DNA of 33,704 bases from Cytophagales bacterium (lineage in GTDB: Bacteria; Bacteroidota; Bacteroidia; Cytophagales; UBA9547): assembly GCA_044357485.1 (NCBI GenBank), contig JBIKPL010000002.1, positions 1 through 33,704 on the forward strand. The letters are read 5' to 3'. The position numbers and the translations under genes are program-made. Shown in pieces: positions 18,912 through 27,417 of this stretch (position 1 is the first letter of the stretch; each line of letters opens with the position of its first letter). The notes under the pieces were generated by a model. The model was not told the DNA's origin and made no database searches. It was given only the letters and a program-made list of their open reading frames with translations.

Positions 18912-19508
18912 TTATTTTGCTTTTTGGGATACCCCTAATAATTTGTAAATATTAGGTTCATTGTATTCAACCACATCACCAGGTTGCATGCCTGTCATGA
19001 GGAGTTTTCCGATTTGAGTGCGCACAAGTCTTAAGGTTGGAAATCCAACAGAAGCCGTCATTTTACGCACTTGTCTATTTTTGCCTTCAACTAAAACCAA
19101 TTTAATCCAAGAAGTAGGAATATTTTTTCTAAAACGGATAGGAGGATTTCTTTCTGGTAATGTTGGGTCAACAGCTTCTTCTGCTTTTGCAGGAATAGTC
19201 TTGTATTTTACCCCATTCACATTAATTTCTGTACCTGTTTTTAATCTTGCCAAGGCTACGTCATTAACTTGTCCTTCCACTTGGGCCAAATAGGTGCGTT
19301 CGTGTTTTAATAAAGGGTCTAAAAGCCTGTTGTTAAGTCTTTTGTCATTCGTAATTACCAAAAGTCCTTCACTATCGGCATCTAATCTCCCTACTGGGTA
19401 CACGTCTTTAGGGAAGTCAAATAATTCTCCTAAAGTGGCGTGATCACCTTCTTTGGTAAATTGAGATAGCATGCCGAATGGCTTATATATGACGTAGTAT
19501 TTGAACAA
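18912..19508 (-). CDS. RluE/RsuA-family pseudouridine synthase (no S4 domain)
   Basis: 198 aa with YVIYKPFGMLSQF, the catalytic motif GRLDADSEGLLVITND and GKNRQVRKM. Confidence 0.85.
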   Translation of the reverse strand: MFKYYVIYKPFGMLSQFTKEGDHATLGELFDFPKDVYPVGRLDADSEGLLVITNDKRLNNRLLDPLLKHERTYLAQVEGQVNDVALARLKTGTEINVNGVKYKTIPAKAEEAVDPTLPERNPPIRFRKNIPTSWIKLVLVEGKNRQVRKMTASVGFPTLRLVRTQIGKLLMTGMQPGDVVEYNEPNIYKLLGVSQKAK

Positions 19509-19512
19509 AGTT

Positions 19513-20067
19513 TTATGTTTTGAGGGTTGTTTCGAGTGCTTTTTGTTGAGCTAAAGCGCGGTTTAATAAATATTCTTCGATAAAAGTTTCTAAAGGTTTT
19601 AACAACAAAGCCATGATAAGTTTGCCAAACATACTTGTCCAAAGTATGATGGTGCTGTATTGTATAAATGCGGTTTGTTTTGGATTACTAACGATGACTT
19701 GTTTGGCCACAGTTTCAATCACGGGATCAAGGATGCCTTCTGACAACACAAAAAGTACAACCGCTAAACCAAAGGTGATGGTTGCTGCTTTTTTACCTAT
19801 TTTTGCTTTGGTAAGCTCATCAATGGTTTCTTGTAATTCTACATTTTTATCAGCAAGAGCAGCATTGGCTGAGTTAAGTTTGTTTTGTAACTTATCACTT
19901 ACTTTGGTGATTAGTTTAGATTGGTCGAGCATTTCCTCATAGTGATCACAGAGGTTTTTATAGTCTCCTATAACCTCTTCCCTGGTTTTGGTGTCATCGG
20001 CAATAATGCTTCTGCTGTGTTCCAAAACAGTGATTTCGTGTTCAAAAAGTTGTTTTTTATTGCTCAT
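19513..20067 (-). CDS. Coiled-coil plus two-TM membrane protein occupying the SiaD position of a Sia-like operon
   Basis: 184 aa. Residues 1 to about 90 are charged and heptad-rich (YEEMLDQSKLITKVSDKLQNKLNSANAALADKNVELQETIDELTKAK). Two hydrophobic helices follow (ATITFGLAVVLFVLSEGIL and TAFIQYSTIILWTSMFGKLIMALLL). It lies 9 nt after the DUF1987 gene. Confidence 0.55.
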   Translation of the reverse strand: MSNKKQLFEHEITVLEHSRSIIADDTKTREEVIGDYKNLCDHYEEMLDQSKLITKVSDKLQNKLNSANAALADKNVELQETIDELTKAKIGKKAATITFGLAVVLFVLSEGILDPVIETVAKQVIVSNPKQTAFIQYSTIILWTSMFGKLIMALLLKPLETFIEEYLLNRALAQQKALETTLKT

Positions 20068-20076
20068 TTTTAGGGT

Positions 20077-20463
20077 TTAGTCTTCAGGTACTTCTATAAT
20101 CTCGAAAGGAATTTTTACGATATCACTATAGTCTTCCGCTGCTTCTTTCATATCGTCGTCATCTTCTTCGTAGTACCATTCCACTTTCACATCGGCACCT
20201 GATTTTTTAAGCTCTGCAAACTTTTTAAGTACATCTAAAATACATTTAGAAGAGCTGGTATTAAAATATTCAAATTTTAATTGTACGATTACAGGTATGG
20301 CAATAGCATCTGCAATTAATTGTATTAACCATTTGTTGATAGGGTCATAAAACTCTACAGAATTTTCCGGTGTTGATCTACCTTTAAATTCCATAATTCC
20401 AGTATTATGGTCTAGTTTTATGTAAGGGGTATGGTTTTTAGCTGGGAGTTCAAATATTTCCAT
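20077..20463 (-). CDS. DUF1987 / SiaC-like partner-switch protein
   Basis: 128 aa with TPYIKLDHNTGIMEFKGRSTPENSVEFYDPI and FEYFNTSSSK, plus an acidic C-terminus. This matches the DUF1987 pattern. Confidence 0.8.
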   Translation of the reverse strand: MEIFELPAKNHTPYIKLDHNTGIMEFKGRSTPENSVEFYDPINKWLIQLIADAIAIPVIVQLKFEYFNTSSSKCILDVLKKFAELKKSGADVKVEWYYEEDDDDMKEAAEDYSDIVKIPFEIIEVPED

Positions 20464-20488
20464 GTTGTATACGTCTATTGGTTTTCAA

Positions 20489-21079
20489 TTATTCTTCTTC
20501 CCCTTTATCAATTTTAGGGATATCAATTTGTAAACTAAAAAATTCAATTTCTTGGTTTACTTTCTGAAATTTATACTTCAGTTTTTGTCCCGACTTTCTC
20601 GCAATATCTATAAAGCCTAGGCCGCCACCGCCTTTTTCAGAAAATTGACCATTGTTAAGCGTACGTTTATAGAGTTCTCTGAGTTCGTCTTTAGAGATAG
20701 AATTTATTTCATCGATACGAAGTTTTAATCCTTCCACTTTTTCTATGGGCACGTAATTTCCTGTTACGACACTGTAGCCAGTCATATCGGTTTCAATAAT
20801 CAATAAAGCGGTTTTACTGTCATAGCCTGTTACTTCAAAATCGGTAGAATCAATGTGATTACACAAATTTTGAAGACATTCGACAAGAACATTGTATACT
20901 TTTTTCCTGGTTTTTCTGTCTTCTTCAATACGGTCTAATCGATCTTCAATAATCTTTAAAACCGAATTAACCAAATCAACAGTAACCTCCCCTTTAAAAG
21001 TAAGCATGATATTGTTTTCATGCATCCTTTCATACAAAGCAAGGTAATCTATCATAGCTGATTGCGACATTTTGTGCAA
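20489..21079 (-). CDS. SiaB-like GHKL serine/threonine protein kinase (anti-sigma-factor-kinase-like)
   Basis: 196 aa with an N-box-like ECLQNLCNH and a G-box-like KGGGGLGFIDIARKS. The size and position between the PP2C and DUF1987 genes match SiaB. Confidence 0.75.
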   Translation of the reverse strand: MHKMSQSAMIDYLALYERMHENNIMLTFKGEVTVDLVNSVLKIIEDRLDRIEEDRKTRKKVYNVLVECLQNLCNHIDSTDFEVTGYDSKTALLIIETDMTGYSVVTGNYVPIEKVEGLKLRIDEINSISKDELRELYKRTLNNGQFSEKGGGGLGFIDIARKSGQKLKYKFQKVNQEIEFFSLQIDIPKIDKGEEE

Positions 21080-21098
21080 TTAAAATTTGAATAAACTA

Positions 21099-22913
21099 TT
21101 ATATTTTAAAACCAATTACTAGAATATCATCTAGTTGTGGCTCCGAATCTCCCATCCATTCTGTGATTTCTTTGTCCAATAAGCGTTGTTGTTCGGCCAT
21201 GGGCAAAGTACAGATCTGCAATAATAATTCTTTAAAGCGTTTGTATAAGAATTTTTTACCTTTTGGTCCACCAAATTGGTCGGCATACCCATCGGTAAAG
21301 ATGTAATAGGTGTCGCCTTTCTGAATTTCAAAATCTAAATTGGTGTATTTTAAATCAGGATCTTCAGCATAATGACCTATAGGGAATTTGTTGGCTTTGA
21401 ATTCTTCTAATTCTCCGTTTCTGATACGGTAAAGAGGATTGAAAGCGCCAGCATATTGCAATAAATTTTTATTATAATTAATCCTACACAAGGTGATGTC
21501 CATGCCATCTTTTGAACCTTGGGCATCTTCTTGACCAACCCGCAAGGCTCTACTAACGCCTTCATTTAATTCGTCTAAAATGGCAGCAGAATCTGTTAAT
21601 ATATGATCGGTGACCGATCGGTTAAGAATATTATTACCAACCATCGACATCAATGCGCCTGGTACTCCATGGCCAGTACAATCTACTGCGGCAATAAATA
21701 AGTCTTCACCTTGTTCTTCGAACCAATAAAAATCGCCACTTACAATGTCTTTAGGTTTGTAAAGAAAAAACACATCAGGAATGTATTTTTTTACATAAGA
21801 AGTTGGTGGTAAAATAGATTGTTGAATTCTTAAAGCATATTTGATACTATCGGTAACATCATTGTATAAAATTTGAAGTTTTTCATTTTTTTCCTCAATG
21901 ACATCATTTTGCTTTTCGAGTTCTTCTTTTTGTTTAACAACCTCTTCAGTTCTTTCTTTTACTTTATTTTCGAGCATTTGCTCATTTTCAAATAAGTCGT
22001 CACGCATTTTTAACAATGCATGTCCGAGTGTATCTTGTTCACTTAAGGGTTGGTATTTGCCATCAAAATTCCCACTACCAATTTCTCTAGAAAAATCTGT
22101 GGTACTTTTTAAGCCATTTACCAGCTGATTCAAGGCCCCTGTCATGTCACCAATTTCATCCTGACGATGTTCAATTTCTTTTTCAGGAAGAATTCCTTTC
22201 CCCATTTTCAATAAAATTTGGCGTAAATTTTTGAGTGGGGGCACTATGGTTTTGGTCGTGAAAAAGGCAATGAGAAAGCCCATGATAATGAGCAGTATAC
22301 CCGCATTGATTACATAAGCCTGTAATAAGTCAAATGAACTGATCATCTGCACACTTTTATCGTGGGCCGAATCTCTGTGAATTTCATTAATGACAGACAA
22401 TTCATCCAAAATTTCACGGGTAAGTAAATCTACATTTCCTCCATCTAATTGAGGGCGAATGAAAAATATAATATTGGGGTCTTCGTATGTCGTAAAATCT
22501 TTTAATTGCACCATTATACCCCGGTACATTTGAAATAGACTATCTATTTTTACAAAAAGCTTGTTGACTTTTTCTTTTTCAACTGGATGCCAATAGACAG
22601 ATAAAGCTTCAATTTCTCTTCTTTTGTTTGGGTAATCCTGACTAATGAGTTTTCTTAAAATAAACTTGTCTTGGTTATCTGGGCCACTTTGAACAAACAC
22701 CCAGTTACTGATGTATTTTTGAGACCTTACCAATAGTAAATCTAAATCATCCAACGCTTCTGCCGATGGATTATAGACTTTGGTTACCTCATTGTTTAAG
22801 GTTCTGCTATTGTGTAGCGTAAGATAAGTAAGAACAAAATTTAGTATGGTAAAAAAGATAAATAACCCAAACCCTAACCAGATTTTTCTCCCAATGTTGA
22901 ACCTAAATTTCAT
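21099..22913 (-). CDS. Membrane sensor phosphatase: TM, periplasmic helical domain, TM, HAMP, coiled coil, SpoIIE/PP2C (SiaA-like)
   Basis: 604 aa. TM1 spans about residues 10-32 and TM2 about 200-222. The HAMP region reads PPLKNLRQILLKMGKG...DEIGDMTGALNQLV, and the coiled coil is NEQMLENKVKERTEEVVKQKEELEKQ. PP2C motifs are VSGDFYWF, DCTGHGVPGALMS, DGMDITL and FTDGYADQ. Confidence 0.85.
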   Translation of the reverse strand: MKFRFNIGRKIWLGFGLFIFFTILNFVLTYLTLHNSRTLNNEVTKVYNPSAEALDDLDLLLVRSQKYISNWVFVQSGPDNQDKFILRKLISQDYPNKRREIEALSVYWHPVEKEKVNKLFVKIDSLFQMYRGIMVQLKDFTTYEDPNIIFFIRPQLDGGNVDLLTREILDELSVINEIHRDSAHDKSVQMISSFDLLQAYVINAGILLIIMGFLIAFFTTKTIVPPLKNLRQILLKMGKGILPEKEIEHRQDEIGDMTGALNQLVNGLKSTTDFSREIGSGNFDGKYQPLSEQDTLGHALLKMRDDLFENEQMLENKVKERTEEVVKQKEELEKQNDVIEEKNEKLQILYNDVTDSIKYALRIQQSILPPTSYVKKYIPDVFFLYKPKDIVSGDFYWFEEQGEDLFIAAVDCTGHGVPGALMSMVGNNILNRSVTDHILTDSAAILDELNEGVSRALRVGQEDAQGSKDGMDITLCRINYNKNLLQYAGAFNPLYRIRNGELEEFKANKFPIGHYAEDPDLKYTNLDFEIQKGDTYYIFTDGYADQFGGPKGKKFLYKRFKELLLQICTLPMAEQQRLLDKEITEWMGDSEPQLDDILVIGFKI

Positions 22914-24094
22914 TTCTTAAGATTTTCAAGTTCGGTTTTAAATTGATTTGATTTGTCTAAATCATTCAATCCAAAATAAATACCTGAAAGCATTTCAAGC
23001 ACATTCTTGTTTTTAGGCTCTAATTCGTATGCTTTTAAAGCAAATGGTAGTGCTTTCTTAAACAAGTCAACACACTCATCTTGTATTTGCGCCAAGGTGG
23101 TAAAGTCGATATTATAATTTTGTTTATTGATGATATCTACTGCTTGGTTATAATAGATAATACCCAAACTATAATTTGCTGTGGTATTGTTTGCATTAAT
23201 GGTTAGGATTTGCAAATATGATTTTTCCGCATTATGCAAATGTGATCTTTTATTGATACTGTCATTCACCGCCAGTTTTTCATATACTTGAGATAGCAAT
23301 AAATGATAATCTAAATTTGTAGGTTCAGTTCTTATGGCTTGATGTAGCGATAAAATTAATAAGGTAATATTGTTTGTTTGGCTATAATAGCGTACCCTTA
23401 GTTGTTCTATTTCTTTGTTATCGTTGTATTTTTCTGTCGCCAATAAAACCACATTATCTGCTTGTTTGATATTGTTGGTGGCTAAATAATCATCTGAAAG
23501 GATAACATACAACAACGGGTCGTTGTAGGCATATTGCATCGCTAAATCAAGGTAATGAATGGCCTCTGGTATGTCACCATTTCTATGGGCAGCATAACCC
23601 GCGTAATAAATACTTGCGGTATCTATGGCATTGCTGATTAAATGATAATTGCTTAAATAAAATTTAAAGTAGTTAAACGAATTTTTGTAGTCTTCTTTGT
23701 TTAATGTATTAACCGCATCAGTTTTAATGGTTGAAAGCAGGTACTTAGTGATGTTTTTGCAATCATTGGTATACTTGTTTTCTTTGTCAAGACCAATACA
23801 TTTGTTGATGTAATTCAGGGCATTTTGACGGTAAGTCATGCCTCCAGTTGCGGCATCTTTTCTTTTGTATAATTCTTTATTAATAAAGCCATTGTAATAC
23901 CAAGCCTTTGGATCGTTGCTTACGTCTTCTGCAGTCAATGCCAATTCAATGGCTTGTTTTGCCTTTTCAAAATCACTCTCTTTTAATGCTTGCTCAGCCT
24001 CTGCAAGTTTAGTTTGTTGTGCATACGCACCACCAACTACACCTATGCAAGTGAATAAAGTCAGAAGAACAATATGTACAAACTTATTTATCAT
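22910..24094 (-). CDS. Secreted TPR-repeat protein
   Basis: 394 aa with a signal peptide (LLTLFTCIGVVGGAYAQ) and repeated A..Y/N..G..Y TPR-like helices. ATGA overlaps occur at both ends (24091-24094 and 22910-22913). Confidence 0.7.
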   Translation of the reverse strand: MINKFVHIVLLTLFTCIGVVGGAYAQQTKLAEAEQALKESDFEKAKQAIELALTAEDVSNDPKAWYYNGFINKELYKRKDAATGGMTYRQNALNYINKCIGLDKENKYTNDCKNITKYLLSTIKTDAVNTLNKEDYKNSFNYFKFYLSNYHLISNAIDTASIYYAGYAAHRNGDIPEAIHYLDLAMQYAYNDPLLYVILSDDYLATNNIKQADNVVLLATEKYNDNKEIEQLRVRYYSQTNNITLLILSLHQAIRTEPTNLDYHLLLSQVYEKLAVNDSINKRSHLHNAEKSYLQILTINANNTTANYSLGIIYYNQAVDIINKQNYNIDFTTLAQIQDECVDLFKKALPFALKAYELEPKNKNVLEMLSGIYFGLNDLDKSNQFKTELENLKK

Positions 24095-24621
24095 TTTTCG
24101 TCTAATATGGCCATGTTTACTAAACTAGAGCTCACAGTTAAGCCAGATCGTTCAGCATTTGATTTACTTAATTCAAATTTTTGTTTATTTTCTTGGTAAA
24201 CAAAGTTGATGACAGCCCCTTTTTTAATTAAACCTGCATTTTCTCCTATCACCAAGGTATTGTTTTTAGCAATTTTTTGTGCTGCCGCTGTTATAGAAGT
24301 GCTTTTTTCGGCCGTAATAAACAGCAATTGGCATTTTCCAATTTCCTCTACGTTGTTATATACTTTTACAATAAAGCTTCTTGTTCCTATTTTGCTCAAA
24401 GCGGCCATTTTCTCTAGTTCTTTGATCAGGTTAGGATTATTATTTCCCAATACCCCTATCACAAAGTCTCCTTGTTTTTGATTTTCGGGCCACTCTATGT
24501 ATTTGGTAAAATTATAGATAAAGATGGCTTTGATTTTAGAGTTTACATCCTGCGCACATACGTCTAGCAAGCTTACGTAAAGTAAGGCGGTTGCAATGCA
24601 TATGTAGCGAAGGTAGAACAT
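24091..24621 (-). CDS. YfiR / DUF4154-family periplasmic protein
   Basis: 176 aa with a signal peptide, then KIKAIFIYNFTKYIEWP...VIGVLG...LLFI, the characteristic DUF4154 (YfiR) opening motif. Confidence 0.75.
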   Translation of the reverse strand: MFYLRYICIATALLYVSLLDVCAQDVNSKIKAIFIYNFTKYIEWPENQKQGDFVIGVLGNNNPNLIKELEKMAALSKIGTRSFIVKVYNNVEEIGKCQLLFITAEKSTSITAAAQKIAKNNTLVIGENAGLIKKGAVINFVYQENKQKFELSKSNAERSGLTVSSSLVNMAILDEK

Positions 24622-24696
24622 GAGTTGGTTAAACTTTTTTGAATATATTTATACGATTGCCTTAAAATTATTGAATTTTATGCAATAATCACAAAT

Positions 24697-27189
24697 TTAT
24701 TCGTCTAAATCAATCACATTATTTTCATCGACTTGTACTTTTTGCTGTTTTTTCCATTCTTCGTCAAGATTTCTTTTCTTAAATAAATTTTTTATTTCAG
24801 TCGATTCAACCTTTAATCTTTCCTTTATTTTTTCCTTAACTGCCTTAGTATCATAGCTTATTTTAATGTTTGGTGGGGTTCCTTGTATTTTTAAAAACAA
24901 GGTAGTACCACCATCTTTTTCGTCTTGCAAGGCATTTTCCTCTTCACTTGTATTTTTCTTTTTAAAATTCTTCAACGACACTTTTAATTTGTAATTCATG
25001 GCATTGTCAAAAGTATGTGTGCCCGAAATGCCAATGGTATTTAAGTTTGATTTTATCACCATTTCTGGAATGGTGACCAATTTGTTTTCAATATGGATGC
25101 TGTTTTTAATTTCTTTAAATTTAATATTCCTTAACTCCACGGCATCGACAAATTTCGACAGTTTTTGCATGGGTTCAAAATTGAGCAGTTGTCCGTTTAC
25201 CAAACTTACATTTACATCAGCTTTCACTGATTGTGGGTTAATTTGAAGGTTTTTATTAAACGCCATTTCTAAATCTATGGAAGTAGTTAGCCGTCCTCTT
25301 AAATTTTGATGGGTAATGAAATTTTGATCAAAATTTTCGAACATATAAAAAACACTGTCTACTATAATGTTGTTGAAGGCTGTTTGTGCTTGTAACTGCA
25401 TTTTTTCTACATTATTGGTATTGAGATTGGCATTGAGGCTAATGCTGCCGCCAGCTATGGTAAAGGAGGTGTTTCTAGTGGATACAATTTTGTCGTTCAG
25501 TTTTAGTTCTCCTTGAATGTTTCCGGTATTAAATTTCCTGAATTTAAGTTTTCCTATATTACAATTTAAATCAAGCGTTAAGCGGGGAGAAATAGCAAAT
25601 TTATAATTTGAAGTATCTTTGTCTGATTGTTTGCTATTGGCTAATAATTCATCTAGATCAACCAATACAGATTTGCAATGCGCATCAATGACAATTTTTT
25701 CTTCTTTAAAAAACAAAAATGGAAATACATTCTTAAACAAGCCATCCAATGCAAAATCAGTATTCCCAATTTTACCGCTAAATTGATTGATAGACACATC
25801 GTTTTTATTGAATAAGAAATTAGCTTTAAAATCACTAAACACATAGGGTTTAGCGCTTACTTTAAAATCAAGTGCATGCACGGTAATTTCTCCATTGGTA
25901 TGGATGTTTTTTTTGCCTTCCGTTGTTTTTAAATCTGCTAGTTTACCATTAAAAGCAAGGTTTATACTCATTTCACCTTTGGCATATTCAAGCCCTTTGA
26001 TAGGGTAAAAGGCAATGATAGAAGCGATATTTAAATCAGCATTGAGGTCAAAACTGATGTCTGGGTTACTAAAGTTTGTAATTTTAAACTCCCCACTGAT
26101 TTTACGATTGTCTAAATAACTTTCTAAATCCGAAATTTCGAGACTGTTTTGTAGCGCCGTACTATTAAATGTACCTTTAAACGAAGTTTTGGTAAGTTCT
26201 TTTTTAATGGATGGATGGTAAAAAGAGGCATGCTGACAACCAAATAATACCTCTATGTCGGGCTGATTACCGTTAGCAATTTCTCCTGCAACAGTTCCTT
26301 TAAAATACACATCTCCTTTGCTTTTGTACACACTTATTTTGTCGTAAATGTCTTTGGATAGCAAGGAGAGGATGGTTTGGATATTGGTATTGATGCCTTC
26401 TAGCGAAAGGTCAATAGAGGGTTTATTGCCAGCTTTAAGGGTGCCACTCACCAAAAATTCAGATTTTTCGACCAACACACTTGTTGGTTTAATTGTTAAT
26501 AATTTCTTTGCTGTCGAAAATACCAAAGCACTTTTTAAATCAATATTTTTGTTTTTAAAGTATATTTTCTCTGCTACATTTATTTTATGCACGGTTAAAT
26601 TTCCATCTACAGCAATGGCTATTTCTTTGGGCGAATATTTTAAGTTAGCACTTGTGAAGTGTGCATAAAGTTGAACCGTATTGTTTTTTTGTTCATTCGC
26701 ATATTGTATTTCGACCTCTTCGAGGATAATTTTTTTAAGATCAAAATTCACTTTCTTTTTACTTTTGCTGGCATCAGGTTTTATGATTTCATAATTGGGT
26801 ATGCCTTCTTTATTTAGCCTAATATGCGCATTTCCTTTTGAAATATATACTTTGTGCAGTTTATATTGCCCGTTAATCATGTCCCAAATGTCAAAGGTGA
26901 AATATATTCTATGGGCTTTTAGTAAATAATTTTTGCTGTTTTTATACGATTCGTTGATGACGATATCGTCAAAACGAATGGCTACTTGTGGGAATTTTTC
27001 AAAGGCGGAGAAAGATATTTTTTTTACTGCTACTTTGGTTTGTAGGTGTTTATTTGCTTCCGATACAAAATGTTGAATAATTTTATCTTGGTATAGATAC
27101 GTCAATCCTACTGCTGTAGTCGCAAATAGTACTACAACAATAAATAGCCCAAAAAGCACTCGCTTGATGTATTTAAAGAGTTTCTCCAT
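24697..27189 (-). CDS. AsmA-family envelope protein
   Basis: 830 aa with a single N-terminal TM anchor (VLFGLFIVVVLFATTAVGLTYLY), a long beta-rich repetitive body and a lysine-rich C-terminus. The layout is typical of AsmA-like proteins. Confidence 0.65.
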   Translation of the reverse strand: MEKLFKYIKRVLFGLFIVVVLFATTAVGLTYLYQDKIIQHFVSEANKHLQTKVAVKKISFSAFEKFPQVAIRFDDIVINESYKNSKNYLLKAHRIYFTFDIWDMINGQYKLHKVYISKGNAHIRLNKEGIPNYEIIKPDASKSKKKVNFDLKKIILEEVEIQYANEQKNNTVQLYAHFTSANLKYSPKEIAIAVDGNLTVHKINVAEKIYFKNKNIDLKSALVFSTAKKLLTIKPTSVLVEKSEFLVSGTLKAGNKPSIDLSLEGINTNIQTILSLLSKDIYDKISVYKSKGDVYFKGTVAGEIANGNQPDIEVLFGCQHASFYHPSIKKELTKTSFKGTFNSTALQNSLEISDLESYLDNRKISGEFKITNFSNPDISFDLNADLNIASIIAFYPIKGLEYAKGEMSINLAFNGKLADLKTTEGKKNIHTNGEITVHALDFKVSAKPYVFSDFKANFLFNKNDVSINQFSGKIGNTDFALDGLFKNVFPFLFFKEEKIVIDAHCKSVLVDLDELLANSKQSDKDTSNYKFAISPRLTLDLNCNIGKLKFRKFNTGNIQGELKLNDKIVSTRNTSFTIAGGSISLNANLNTNNVEKMQLQAQTAFNNIIVDSVFYMFENFDQNFITHQNLRGRLTTSIDLEMAFNKNLQINPQSVKADVNVSLVNGQLLNFEPMQKLSKFVDAVELRNIKFKEIKNSIHIENKLVTIPEMVIKSNLNTIGISGTHTFDNAMNYKLKVSLKNFKKKNTSEEENALQDEKDGGTTLFLKIQGTPPNIKISYDTKAVKEKIKERLKVESTEIKNLFKKRNLDEEWKKQQKVQVDENNVIDLDE

Positions 27190-27417
27190 AATTTGAGCTA
27201 AAAATATAGGTTTAAAATGAAGTTTCTTAACATTACTTGAAGTTTTTCTTTAGCATACAGTGTTATTTACACGGAATATCAAGTGTTTAGGTTTTGTTTT
27301 ATCCTTTATTTTTTATTTTAATTATCTTTTATCGTCTGTGATAATGTGATTTGAACACTGTCTTTTGTGTCGTTCGCCTAGAATTTATCTTTTATTCTTT
27401 TGCCCAAACCAAATACT

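Noticed and set aside
19430-19942. ORFs 19430-19642 (minus) and 19613-19942 (plus), plus similar antisense or alternate-frame ORFs inside other genes (3800-3997, 6232-6414, 7975-8271, 9566-9808, 10026-10286, 11170-11631, 11737-11937, 13901-14113, 16221-16716, 19018-19293, 21131-21331, 21898-22128, 23916-24128, 24206-24481, 24998-25246, 25653-25844, 26348-26668, 28010-28207)
   Set aside because: Each is nested in or antisense to a longer ORF with a recognisable product. None shows an independent motif.
24692-24699. TAAATTTG on the minus strand, matching the Bacteroidota -7 promoter consensus TAnnTTTG, upstream of the YfiR-like gene
   Set aside because: No TTG-type -33 element lies at the expected spacing, and the box overlaps the AsmA-like stop codon. 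A plausible promoter cannot be supported from sequence alone. The same applies to TAATTTTG (28430-28437) and TAAGTTTG (28506-28513) upstream of the adhesin gene.
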